DNA of 64,000 bases. Source: Gekko japonicus (Eukaryota). The notes under the pieces were generated by a model. It was not told the DNA's origin. It ran no database searches and was given only the letters and a program-made list of their open reading frames with translations. The stretch's first letter is position 1, and every line of letters starts with the position of its first letter. Position numbers and translations under genes: made by a program. Shown piece after piece: positions 24,349 to 37,051 of the stretch. Location: NCBI RefSeq assembly GCF_001447785.1, contig NW_015175975.1:129420-193419 (forward strand), given 5' to 3'.

Positions 24349-24554
24349 TAGTGTACACCAGCTATATAAAAAGGCACATTCTATCCTAGGTATTACTAGA
24401 AAAGGGATTGAAAACAAGATGGCCATTATCATACTTCTTGAATGGATTTATTGTGCATCTGCATTTGGAAAACTTTGTAAGGTTTTCGTTGCTGTGTTTC
24501 AAAAAGCATATTGTAGGGTCAGAACAGGAGCAGAAAAAGGACAACCAAAGTGAT

Positions 24555-24816
24555 CAAGGGATTGACAGTTTTTTTCCCTTTGAGGACAGACTAAGGAGTT
24601 TAGGCTTTTTAGTTCTAAGAAAATATGGGTAACTGGAACCTCCCTGTTCAGAAGCTGTAACCCTCTAAATAACAGTGCTGGGGGCAACAACAGGGGAAGT
24701 CTTTGGGCTCTGTGTCTTGTTTGTGGGGCTTCTGGCAGCATCTAGTCAGTCATTATGTGAAATAGTATGGTGGACCATTGGTCTGCTCCAGCATGGCTGC
24801 TCTTAACTTCTTATGT
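24555..24816 (+). mobile_element. Old CR1 3' fragment
   Basis: FPFEDRLRSLGF-like segment, then 3'UTR ending CTTCTTATG. Confidence 0.6.
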
Positions 24817-24984
24817 AAGTATCAGAATTCAATTTGATATACAGTGGACTGCAAGAGTAGCTCAAGTTGGACCTGGCCGGCAGTGCCAATAACAAGGGCA
24901 GGCTTCATGCCAGCACTCACTAGATCTGGGCTGAGCTGCCCCCTCAATGCTGCTAGCACCACTAGGGCTCAGTTGAGCTTGCGT

Positions 24985-25019
24985 TCTCTCTCTCTCTCTC
25001 TCTCTCCACACACACACAC
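24985..25019. repeat. (TC)n(CA)n microsatellite
   Basis: Seen directly. Confidence 0.95.
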
Positions 25020-26317
25020 TTTTATTCTACCCCTTCTTCAAGGAACTCATGGTGGTGGGGTCATCTTGTTTAATTATGCTCGTGTTACATTGAAAATAAG
25101 AATGTGAGAATGAGTCACCACAATTGCTTTTAAAATGAAAAGCCATCATGTAGTGACTTTACTTGTCATCCTCCTATGGGTAGGTGAGTCCCCACATATC
25201 TGTTCATCATTTAATGACTGTAACAGCAAATGATTATTTGCATGAATGAAACATCATCTAGCACAAATCAAATGCCACTGAACAGAGCTTTCATGTCATC
25301 TCAAATTTTCAATGGTGGTGCATCAGACATTGAAATGTAAGCCACCTAGCCATCAACCAGCAATATGTGACATATGTACTTGTCTGAATCAGCTTACTTA
25401 CCTTATGCACCCCCATTTCTATAGCTGTAGTTTAAAACTATCTATGCAGTGATTCAAAGCCTGTCACCATAAAAAAACTGGCCATAAGGAGATATGTTTA
25501 CAAGAAACCTTAACCATCAGTCTTCTAACAGCAGACTTGATGAAGGAGTACCTATTAGTAAAACAGTGAAACATTCCACCTGTGGGAAAAATTGGGGTTT
25601 CTACATACTCACAAGACATCTGAAGTATATAGAAATATATTAATTTGTAAATTAAATGGCCTGACAATTTGGTCTTTAGAAAGCACAGAATGTTGAGAGC
25701 AGCTGAATGTACATCAAAACAAAACAGAAGAAAGGGTCATAGGCACGCTGAAGCCACCAGCAACTTAGAGGGACCCCTCCAATCTCCTTTTCAACAGAAG
25801 GAGGAAGAAATTAAAATGTGTTCTTCTTACCAGGCAGGTACAGGGCTACCTGACCTCTCCTTCTTAGTTGGTAAACTGCCCTCCTGTTGAGGACTGAGCC
25901 TGGTTATTGCCCTCCAGAAGTCACATGATGTTGAGAACTGTGGTGTACATTGTTTAATGCAAATAGGAGAAAAGGTATCTTTTTTTCTGAGGAAACTAGA
26001 ACTGGGGCAGAAAACTGGAAGACTGGAACTGGGATAGGAAAGCTTCATTTCGCACACAGATCAGAGGCCAAAAGAGAGAATTCTTGGCTTACACATTTTA
26101 TGTTTTCCAGATGAAGGGAGTCCACTGAAGTGGATTTCCTCAAAGGCTCCCTGGAGGCAAGATGAGTTGGGCCTAGTTCTCACAGATAGGCAGATCAGGT
26201 GTTAAAACTATGGATTGGATGCTTTCAGGTTGCTGATAAAAGTTCAGATGAGAGAATGTCCAGTGACCTCCAACAGAAAAACAGTGATGCTGTGAATATG
26301 TGCAGCAGGCAAATATA

Positions 26318-26832
26318 GGCCCCAGTCACACGGAGCATTAGACACGCTAGAGAGATGGAAGATAGGCGGATTTTCCAGGTGCAATCTCACTGCCACATCT
26401 GGGAAGCTTAGAACTCCCGTGGTGCACCTGAGGCTTCCCGCCAAAGATGCGGGGTAAAAAACTAGTGCCTTGGAGGTACTAGTTTCCGGAAACCGCGGGG
26501 CAAAGGCGGGCATCTGATCACGTTTCCGGTGGTAGTTCTGGTGCCCGCCCATGTCCCCTCACAAAAAGTGTTTTTACCCCAAGTCTCCATGGATGCGCAC
26601 AAGCACCCAACGGAGAATGCGCACATTTCTGTTTTTTTTTTAAAAAAACCCAACTCCGTTTGCTGCGCCGCTCCGCTTCTTTGCCGCGTTGTGTGATCGG
26701 CACCTCCCCCCTAACCATGGGAGCTCGACGGGACCTCAACCTGACACCTGATCACGCAATCGCGCTTTAGTTTGCTCCGGGGCAAACAGCCACGCCTCCC
26801 CCCCGCATTTTCCTGCCCGTGTGGCCGAGGCC
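26318..26832. mobile_element. PIF/Harbinger-type MITE, ~515-bp family copy 2
   Basis: TIR GGCCCCAGTCACACGG / CCGTGTGGCCGAGGCC; TSD ATA. Confidence 0.9.
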
Positions 26833-27869
26833 ATACAATGTTCAAAAGTAACAGTCACTTTTGAGCTGACCCTTGTTGATCCTTATCTCACCACCATCTG
26901 GATCAAGCAGCTTATGGATATGCAGCAGCTGTAGAAGAGGAGTTTCAAATCCATTTGTTTTTGCAGGTGCTTTTGTACCTGTGCAGTAGATGAAATCACA
27001 GTCATAGACTGTGTGAGAAAGTGCATGTGACAAACACATCACTCAAATTTTTTAAGCACCATGTGACAGTTCAGCCCAGTGCTGGAGATGTGCATATTCT
27101 CTTAGCAGTGTGGTCCACAGTGGCTACCTTCTGGAATCAGGTCAGTGAATCAATCAAGTAAGTAAGTCTTGAGATTTTTCCTAACTCTCACCATTTACAT
27201 TCTAGCATTGGGTATGCCCCTATATGGTTCCTGTTCATGATGAGTGGATACTCTGCAGCTGTGATTGCAAAATGCTTGATATTACCAAACTCAAAGGCTT
27301 GCACTCCTGTAACTGTGTGCCTCTCCTGAGATAACCCATTGGGTAGAACATCATTCCACCCTTTCCAACCATTAATAAAAATTATTAAGAAACAACAAAA
27401 TGAAGTTATGTATCATCTCGTTTAGTCAGTATTTATTGAAATTTTGCCCTGACAAACAATAGACGGAATGTATCATCACTTTGTTGAGGCTTGGACCCAC
27501 CATAGCATAAATCCTTTAAAAAGGATAGTAGCCAACGGAAGAGACATCCTGCCCCACCTTTCCCTTCTCTTTCTTCTCTCCCCATCTCCCATTTGCCCAT
27601 CTCTACTTTTACCTTTCCCTACACTTTATACACACAGATTTTCATCTTTCATAATTCCCATCCCAAATTTCTTCCCCCACTTGTGCTTCCCCTCTATAAC
27701 CCACTTAGTGTTTTTCTTATCTCTTATGTGGAGGGGACAGCTGTTGTTATTGTTCTCTGTTTGAAAACAGAAAATGGGGGGGGGAGTTGTTAGATGTAGA
27801 GAAGAAATTTTATAAAATAGAATGGCATTTTTAAAAGAGCAGCTATCATCATAGTGCCTATCTATTTGC

Positions 27870-28290
27870 TGCAGCCACATTTGGAATACTGTGTACAGCT
27901 TGGGTCACTCCATTCCAACAAGGATACTGTAGATCTGTAAAATGAGCAGAAAGGGACAATAAAAATGATCAAGAGCTTGGAGCGAATTACTTATGAAGAA
28001 AGATGACAGTGTTTCTGGGCATTTTAGCTACGAAAAAGATGAAGGAGTGAATAGATAGAAGTTTATAAAATTATGAATGATGTGGAAAAGTTGCATGAAA
28101 TGATTTTTTTTCTTTCTCCCCAGAATACTAGCATGTGTATTCACCCAACAAAAGTGATTAGAAGTAGATGTGGGACAGTATTTCTTCATACATTGCACCA
28201 TGGAACTCACTGCCACAAGATGCAATTGTGGTAATTGTCTTGAATAGCCTTAAAACTGGACTAGACAAGTTCATGGATGATAGACCTAGC
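27870..28290 (+). mobile_element. Old CR1 ORF2 3' fragment
   Basis: CAGCCACATTTGGAATACTGTGTACAG (PHLEYCVQ) ... TGGAACTCACTGCCACAAG (WNSLPQ). Confidence 0.75.
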
Positions 28291-29018
28291 ACAGACAATT
28301 AACATAGTACAGTGCCTCCATTCTGGTTCCTCCCTCCTTACATTACCAGTTCAGCATATTTATTTATGAGTAAAGGGATTATGGTAAAGCCATCACAGAT
28401 CTCTAGTGCTTTTTCCCCTCAAGGAAAAAGGCCTTGTAAAAGGCTACCCAGAACTTCCCATTGCCCCAAGAAAGGAACCATGAATCAATGTGCCTGGCTC
28501 TGTGTCCTTGCATCCGCTAGTCTTTCTATTGAGAAAGTCCTTAAGTGCTCCATTCAGAACTCCTTGCAACAGAACATTGTGTTTGTGTGTATGGTGAATA
28601 TATTAGGAATGTAGTTGATGTTCATTAGGAATATATAGTGGTGAATATATTAGGAACTGGACTAAAATACCCCAGTGTGTACTTCTTTTGTACTTGTAAA
28701 AAAACATAATTTTTAAATGCTGACAGTATGGACTGAAATGGAGTCAATGTCTTAAAGATGAACATTTCTGTGGCTAACCTACTTTGACAATCTGTGTGTA
28801 TATATAAAATAAAAACCTGATGCACAGAGAAGAATAGCTGCTGAGATAGTTTAGACCTCTATTTTTACAGAATCGTGGTTCCAGAAAGCTTGAACACATT
28901 TAGAAGGATTATAATGCAAGCTCTATAGCTACCACAACAGGAGAGGCTGCGGAATCTAGCTCACACCTATGTTATTACTAGTAATGATGTAAATGTCAGA
29001 ATTAGGGGGTGGGCCTGA

Positions 29019-29497
29019 AGTAAGTAAGTAGACTTCTACAAGGAGAACCACATAAATACAAAGGGTTTTTTAAAAGGGGGATTATATATTATTATTATTT
29101 TAAAAGCAATTATGAAGCTAGAATGCCAGCAGGGGGTTGGAGGCTATCCAGTGTTTTGCATGGAGTGTCACATCACATGTATGACTATCTGCCCACTGTT
29201 TTGCATGGAGTGTCACATGTATGACTATCTGCCCACTGGACAGAAGTCTTGGGTGTGTGCCTGGTGCAAGGAGCTCCCAGTTCTCAGGGAACAAGTTTGC
29301 TCCCTTGAGGCCAAGGTGGCAGACCTGGAGAAGCAGAGACAGTCAGGCGCACGGAGAAGACTTGTTAGATATGTCCCACTCTGAATATGGCAGCCCCGCT
29401 GCTGTCAGGGAGCATGAGGGTCAAGGGGAGACAGGGCACCATGCTGCAGATAAGGGGAATATGCTCTCAGAAGGGACCTCTTCTTCAGCTGGTGAAT
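29019..29497 (+). mobile_element. CR1 5' fragment (5'UTR end + ORF1 N-terminus)
   Basis: Closely matches 17219-17665; internal duplication of the CMECH...YDYLP segment. Confidence 0.88.
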
Positions 29498-29500
29498 GGG

Positions 29501-29550
29501 CAGGGCTATTTTTGGGCAGGAACACACAAGAATGGAGTTCTGGCTGGCTT
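29501..29550. mobile_element. Truncated hAT MITE left end (CAGGGCTATTTT family)
   Basis: Matches 45566-45588 joined to 47004-47026. Confidence 0.7.
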
Positions 29551-29599
29551 CAGAGTTGAGAATAGAAGAGGGCCAACTCTAAAAATCTAATTATGAAAC

Positions 29600-29900
29600 A
29601 TACAAAAATATACATGTATTTATTAAGCACAAATTAAAATAACAAATAAGGGCCCATTCATACCTCATATACAAATATAAAAATACAAAGGCTATGGTCA
29701 GAGTTGACCACGCCCACTACAGCCAAAACCTCTGCGTGTGTGGCTACAGAGAGAAGGCCTGGAGAGCGACCCCCCTTATGGCAACTCCAAGGCAGGTGGG
29801 CCAGGGGGAGCCCTAAAAGGATTGGGGAGGCATTTAAATGAGTGGTGGCAGTGGACCAGGTCTGCCAGGTGGAAGGCCTCCCATAAGAACAGGAGACCTG
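29600..29900 (-). mobile_element. Probable L2 3' remnant
   Basis: AT-rich tail followed by L2-like reverse 3' region. Confidence 0.4.
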
Positions 29901-30327
29901 GCAGTCCTATTTGTCTCACTTGTTCTGTTATAAGAAAATGAAAGAATTGTGATGAAGGGGCTGGGAGTGAAAGTAGGGAATATTTCTGTATCCATAACCA
30001 ACCTTTATACCTACAGTTCATACTGTGAAAAATGCAACCACTGGGATATAAAAGGAAATATAACCTTTATCCTTGTTTGTTCAAAATACAGAAAACTGCA
30101 GCATTTTACTGTAAAAAAAGTTCCTTATCTCTATGAGAAAATGCTTCTTCCAATTAATGCAATTCCTCCAAAACAATTAAAGGGAAGGGAAGGGAAGCAT
30201 CCTTTCCTGAGTAAAATAAGAAACAGATGGAGGAGACAAAAAATGAGTATTTTTATAATCATGATTTGAAGAAAAAAATAGGTAACCTGGAAATAGCTAT
30301 GGTAGATTACAAAACTAACATTTTTTT

Positions 30328-30407
30328 GAGTCCTGTAGCACCTTGAAGACCAACAACATTTTTCAAAGAATAAGCTTTGGTGAGTCAAAGTTCACTTTGT
30401 CTGATGC
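30328..30407 (-). mobile_element. Penelope-like terminal segment with dead hammerhead motif
   Basis: GAGTCCTGTAGCACCTTGAAGACCAACAA...ATAAGCTTTGGTGAGTCAAAGTTCACTTTGTCTGATGC; on the minus strand the core reads CAGACAA...CAAA instead of CTGANGA...GAAA. Confidence 0.65.
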
Positions 30408-30927
30408 AAAATTACACAGCTAGACCACAAAACTAACATTTAAAAATAAACAAATAACAGTAAGAGCCCCAATGAACTGACCAGAAGTCTGCAAGGCAGA
30501 GAAGGTGATAAAGCAACCTCTAAAACTTGAAAAAAAATCTGTCTTTTGCATCTGTGGGGATGAAAGGTGACTATTAAAGACCTTAATTAATTTAAGATTG
30601 AATTTATAAAAGAGAACACCATTAAAGTTATTAATCCTGTGGTTGATATTGCAATGGTAGATAGTACTAGTCACCTGTACTGAAATGTCTTATTGCCAAC
30701 CTTAAAAACAGGGAAGTTGTAATTTCCCTCCTCCACTTCTGCTGAAGCTTTCCCCCCTCTTTCTTTATAGTACAATAAATCCAGAGTAACAACAAATTTC
30801 TCACACAGGATGAAAATCTTCTGCTATGTACACTTCCTTTCTTCATCTCGCAAGTCATTTGTCCGAACTGTACATGTTCCCCCAGAATTAAGGCCTGCTG
30901 CATTGCCACACTGTTTTTCCTTCTGCA

Positions 30928-30940
30928 GTTGCTAAGCAAC
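30928..30940. promoter_or_regulatory. Candidate RFX X-box
   Basis: Palindrome GTTGCTAAGCAAC in a repeat-poor block. Confidence 0.4.
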
Positions 30941-32553
30941 CTGGAAATAAGGAAGCCATTTTGAACCCAGTGGAGTTTCTTGGGGTTTTTTTTTTAAACA
31001 CCCGGATTACAGGCAGTTGTTCAGCAAGACAAAACATAGATCTGGATCAGAAGGGTTTCTGATTTGTTTTAGATATTATATGCCTAAACATTCATTCTAA
31101 CCTGACTGACTTTACTAACCCCGGTAAAGTGTACCTCCCTCACAATGCTAGGGCCCTGGGCAGAGGAGGCAGTGGATGATCCTGAATTAATTAACACAGA
31201 ATAAAAGGGATTGATTTTTATATACGTGGAGTTACTTTGGCATAACCTACATTTAATAGAAACTTCTACTCGGTGTAGTATCACTTGTTTTTTATGCGCA
31301 AGTGGATATTCTATTTTACAGCATAAGCAGTGCTTTAAATATGTTTGAGATAATAAACACCTCTGAAGGAACAAATGCATAATTAAAAAGTTATAAATAA
31401 CCCCCACAGGCAGTTCTAATTTTTATTTTCTCTCCTATGCCAACAGTGCTGTGGAGAGGATTTCATGCTGGGCTTATTGGGGGAAAGAGACATACAGAAT
31501 ATAAGATAAAATTCCATAGGTAACAGTGCTCAAAATGGCTTGCTATTGAGTAATGCCACAGTAGAAGATAGTATGAGTTAGGTGAGTCTTTGTAGGTTAA
31601 GGAGATGCTTTGTCAAAGACAACATTTTTGAAGAAAGATTGAAGGGACAGGAGGGAGTCTGGCTGGTGAACAGGGAGGCACCTGTTCAGGAAGAACATGA
31701 GGAAACTGACAGAAGCATGAGTGAGAGTAGGGAGGAAAGGATGCCATTAAGGAGAAGGAAGAGTAAAGAGGGAGAAGAAATATCAAGGCAAATGAGGAAG
31801 ATGCAGCTGTTATCAGCACACAATTTCAAGGAGGAATGGCATTACTATCAAAAAAGGATAGAAATAGTGAGTGTGCAACCACTTAAAACTATATTCAGCA
31901 CTGAGGCACATTTTATACTGATGTTTATACTGAACATCCTGGGGTGTGGAGAGGAAGGATCAAACTCCCTATATCCTGTAAAGAGCTTTTGCCTTCTCTC
32001 CAAAGCTACTGTAGCATCATAATGGATCAATACAGATCACTTTATATGCTTCACAGCATCAAAACCCTTATCATGTTGGACTATCTGCAGACACGTGCCT
32101 TGCTTAATCAGAAGGTGATCCAGACATTCTGTTTCCATGGCCTTAGGCTGAAGGAAAGTTCAAGAGTCACAAGAAAGGGTTATTGTTCCTGCTTGACCCA
32201 TGGCATAAGGACATCATGGATTGCTTTCACTGTTGCAGGAAGAGGACTGTTAATGCTATTCACATCAATGAGATAGCCAAGGAATTGTCTGGGAGACATG
32301 TCACATGACGAGAGCTGGAATCTCCACCCCATCTCCCAGTCATATATACTCTTGAGGACTCACCCTTAAAAACTGCTTGGTTGTTCAGTGCAGTTCTGAG
32401 TGCTGGCGGGGGGAGGAGCTTTCACCTTCCCTCCCAGACCATTTTCCTTAGTGGAAATGGAAGTGGGGAAGTGTTTGCCCCTTGGGCTTCATGTGTCCTC
32501 CCTCACTTTTGCCTGAATGAGCTCAATAACACAGCTTAAGTATACTACACAGA

Positions 32554-32995
32554 GGCCCCTGCCATACGGCATGGGAAAAGGCGCTTGAAGGCGCGGCTTT
32601 TAAAAGCCGCGCCAACGTTGACACGGCGCGGGGGGATCCCACGGATCCCCCGGCCGCGCCGCCATTTCTCCCCGGCACGATCAGACGCCGGGGAATAAAC
32701 ACAGAGCTGACGGCAGGCCAGCCGAACTGCGCATGTCGGAGCATGCGCAGTTCAGCTGGGAGCCCGGGATGCGCCGGCACAAGGACGCGCCGGCGATCAG
32801 ACTTCCGGGTTGAGGCGCACCAAGGAGATGAACCACCTCAGTAGGTGGTTCAACTTGATGCGCCTTATCGCATGGATGGGACAGTTTGGGGACGGAAGCA
32901 CCACGCTTCCCAGATGTTGTGGTGTGATCACGGCCGTTTGAACCGCCCCCGAACTGTCCTGCTGCCGGCCCAAATTCCCTCGTGTGAACGGGACC
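32554..32995. mobile_element. CpG-rich Harbinger-type MITE (distinct body)
   Basis: Ends GGCCCCTGCCATACGG / TCGTGTGAACGGGACC; TSD AGA; multiple internal palindromes. Confidence 0.78.
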
Positions 32996-33649
32996 AGAGT
33001 TATACCCGTCTAAATATAATGACTTCAGTAGGAGGATGTAACTCTGTACTGTAAGTCAGTGGTTCTCGGTAAGGATTGGGAACCCAAAAGTGGTTGCAAA
33101 TTTTTCATGGGTGGATCATGACGCTAGGAGGGAAGAGGAGGAATGAGGTGGTCTGAAATAGGAGGCTTGAGAGAAAAACTGGGTTTGCCTCTTTGTAATG
33201 TGTAAAATGACCATGAAATAGAATGTGTTATTTAGTAAGATTATATATTTACAAATGGGGAACCTGAAAGGATGGGGGGGGCATCATATTGATCCCTCCA
33301 CCACTATTTCCCCTTTCCCTTCCCTGAAAGTCCCCGTAGCCATTTCCCTTTTCCTGCTTCTTTCTTTGCTTTCCACCCAACAGCCAACCTACCTTTAGCT
33401 TTCCCTCCCTCTTCAGCAGCCTCTATTGGGGAAACCTGTTGCCCATTTGTGTGGTGCTAGCCACTAGGCCAGGCCCACTTGCATGGCAGGGAACTTGCAA
33501 GGACATGTCAGGGGGGAGTACCTCACCTTCCCCTTTATCCCCCTCCCTGCACTATTTCTTCTTTCCTCCTGCCAGTCCTCCCTTTATCCCCCTCCCCTCC
33601 TTCTCAGCGTCCACAAACCTACCTTTTATTTGCCCCCATTTTCAGTTAT

Positions 33650-33884
33650 ATTTATTATTCATTTACTTAATTTATATCCTGACTTTTTCCACAATGGGAA
33701 CGCAAAGCAGCTCACATCATTATCCTTGCCTCCATTTTATCCTCACAATAACCCTGTGAGATAGGTTAGGCTGAGAATATGTGACTGGCCCAAGGTTAGC
33801 TTGTGACCTTCCAGATCAGACTAGTTATTCAAGCCTGGGTGTCCAAAATCCTAGCCTAAAGCTCTGAACACTACACCACACTGA
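33650..33884 (-). mobile_element. Squam3-like SINE
   Basis: CCATTTTATCCTCACAATAACCCTGTGAGATAGGTTAGGCTGAGA...CACTACACCACACTG. Confidence 0.8.
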
Positions 33885-34398
33885 CAAGTGGCCAGGCCTG
33901 GGTAAGTCATGCAAGTCTGGTGGTAGCAAGTTGCCTAGTGGTGGCTGCCAGGCCTGGCCCCATAAGTCCTCTCTCAAAGGCCAAAACATCCCTGGAAAGG
34001 GCCCTGACCCTCCCCCTACCTTTTATTGACAAAAACCAAGCATGTAACACTGGCAATACTGTTGTAGTTGCCCATCAATGGCCATTGATGGCATCTGGGG
34101 GTTTTTTTAAGCTACATGAACTCCTTCTATCATTTGGGGGGGTGTTATTCCCCCAATGTTTGTTTTCTTTAAAAAAGATTTCAGATTTTTCTGCTTTCTT
34201 CAGGTTTGAAGAAAGGTTTCTTTTCTGTTTATAGCTCCCAACTCTGGATGTAAACTAATATGGATCTCCCAAATTTATTGGCAATGAAAAAACCATTGAA
34301 GATGGCCATTTCTTCGAACAATGAGTAATTTCTTTATTAAAGTGCACCCTTTCCTGAGGCTTCAGGGTAAAAAAAACCACCCCAAAACCAACAACTAT

Positions 34399-34914
34399 GG
34401 CCCCGGTCACACGGAGCATTAGGCATGCTAGAGAGATGGAAGATAGGTGGATTTTCCAGGCGCGATCTCACCGCCACATCTGGGAAGCGTAGAGCTCCCG
34501 TGGCGCACCCAAGGCTTCCCACCGAAGATGCGGGGTAAAAAACTAGTACCTCAGAGGTACTAGTTTCCGGAAACCGCGGGGCAAGGGCGGGCGTCTGATC
34601 GCATTTCCGGTGGTAGTTCTGGCGCCCACCCATGTCCCCTCGCAAAAAGGTTTTTTTCCCCAAGTCTCCACAGATGCGCACAAGCACCCAACGGAGCATG
34701 CACACATTTCAGTTTTAAAAAAACACACAACCCCGTTTGCCGCGCTGCTCCGCTTCTTTGCGACGTCGTGTGATCGGCACCTCCCCCCTAACCATGGGAG
34801 CTCGACAGGACTTCAATCCGACACCTGATTGCGCAGTCACACGTTAGTTTGCTCCGGGGCAAACAGCCATGCCTCCCCCCCCCCTTGCATTTTCCTGCCC
34901 GTGTGACCGAGGCC
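34399..34914. mobile_element. PIF/Harbinger-type MITE, ~515-bp family copy 3
   Basis: TIR GGCCCCGGTCACACGG / CCGTGTGACCGAGGCC; flanks TAT/CAT; very similar to copy 2. Confidence 0.9.
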
Positions 34915-36714
34915 CATATGCAGCTTTTGCAGCATGAGACTCTATTTCATTTTAATTTTCTGCATCTGAAAAGAAATGAAACAATCTGATTTTAGTTGAT
35001 CCATCAGTTGTGTAGCTGGGCATATTCCATTCATTTCAGTGGGATCATGCAGGACAAAGTACTCACTTGGGCTCCTGGAGGAGAAATGCCAGTCATTTCA
35101 ATAAGTAAATGCAAGGACTGGCGTCCTATATAGTGCAGCTCTGCAGTGTGTCCCCAAACTAAGCATGATGGAGGGGGGCTCTAGATATATTTCTTATTGT
35201 TTTTCTACCTCACATTACATATGCGCCTAGATTTTATTCCAAGAGAATAGCAATTATTAACTTTGGGGGAAGTCTTCTTATATCTTCAGGTACAAGATAT
35301 AATTAATTCTGACATCAAGAGCTATATCATTATATTTACAAGTCTGAGGGAATTGAATTTAATAAAGGCTGTAGGCAAGCATCACTGTTCAGTTCTAGCA
35401 GGGCATTTGCACACAGTGGTACATCACAGATGGTAAATAGCACTAGTCTTTGGCCACTGATGCCACATTATATAAGTGCCTGGGTGCCATTTATGGGCAA
35501 ACAAAAGCAACCAGGAAATACTTTTATCTTCATTAGAAGGAAGTGAAGGGGGAAAGGCAGGAGAAGGAGGGGAGAGATGAAATCTGGTTTCATAGAACTA
35601 GTAACAAATAAGACTGCTAAATCACAACTTGTGGTTCCTTTAAATATTCCACAATATTTTTTTCCATGGTCCTTTCTCCCACCAACTCATCCCCCACTTG
35701 TGTGGGGCAAGACCAGAAAGCTAGAGCAGGCACAAAGGGAAGAAAACAGCCCAGTACGAGGCACAGTGGCTTTCTCACTGCCCTTGGGAGAGGGACAGTT
35801 CATGATTTGACAATTGTTGGAGGCTCTGATGGAGATCATAGTGGGGTCACCAGCTCTTATTAAACATTTTGGTACCTTGGCAGGGAACGTGGGTAAACTG
35901 AGAGTGGGCTGACTGTGGGCATTGCTACTCAACTAAGATATATAACTTCTTTTTTTTAAAGGCTATGTCTTTTGCTTTTCTAGCAGGTGGCCTGAAAGCA
36001 ATCAATAAAGTATTCCAGGCTTGAATTCTTTTCCTGAGTGGTTGTCAACCTTAGCTCAGAGAAAAATGGAATCACAATGCCAGTGGGTCACAAAGTACAA
36101 GTCACATGCAGACAATCCTCTGTGTGGCTTGCAGCTGCTAAGTGCAGGAAACAGGAGGACCTTTGCTGCTGCTATGATGACTGGAAATGAACATGAAAGA
36201 AAAAGGAAAGAAAACATTAGGACTGTAGTTCCCAGCTGCACTCCACCACTCAGGCCTTATAACAAACTTTTTAAAAAAATTATTACCCATTTGACTTGGG
36301 AAGCTTGGGAGGTTCCCACAAACGTATTATTATATACCTGAAGAGCATGATTATTTCCTTGACATTAAAGCCTGTTAAATATTCCAACTGGTGGTGTGCA
36401 GCTGAGGATCAGAGGAGAAGTGCCTGTGCATATTCTGCACTAGTTCCTTCAACCCTTTCCTGGGTGAGTGAAGATCTGATATTGGTGATCCTGCTCAAGG
36501 GTCTCCATGCTTCTGGGTGAGAGCAATTCTGATTCTGCATCTTTGAAGAATAATTAATAATAGTTTTAAATAATTCCATATAGAATTTTGTATGTATTCT
36601 TTATTACAATGTTTTTCAGACTTGATATAACATTAAAATGGTGGCTGACCCATATGGCCTTTCTGCAAATTGCCAAACTTAAGAATCGGTTGGGATCAAT
36701 GCATTTGGAGGACA

Positions 36715-37051
36715 GGTAAAAGTTCCCTTGCTCGAAAGCCAGTCAAATCCAACTCTAGGGTTGCGGTGCTCATCTCCATTTCAAAGCTGAAGAGCCAGTG
36801 CTGTCCGAAGATGTTTCTGTGGTCATGTGGCCGGCATGACTAAACACCAAGGTGCACGGAACGCTGTTACCTTCCCACTGAAGTGGTACCTATTTATCTA
36901 ATTGCAATTTCTTGCTTTCGAACTGCTATGTTGGCAGGAGCTGGAACTAGAGACGGGAGCTCACTCCATCATGCGGCACACTCGGGTCTTGAACTACCGA
37001 CCCTCCACAGCCTGCAGTTCAGCGTCTTAACCCCTTGAGCCACTGCAGCTC
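36715..37051 (-). mobile_element. Sauria SINE (Squam1)
   Basis: Same body as the other copies; TSD TTGGAGGACAGG/TTGGAGAACAGG. Confidence 0.92.

Noticed and set aside
26105-26150. CAGATGAA + hairpin + CAAAG hammerhead-like arrangement
   Set aside because: Both core strands deviate and there is no PLE context
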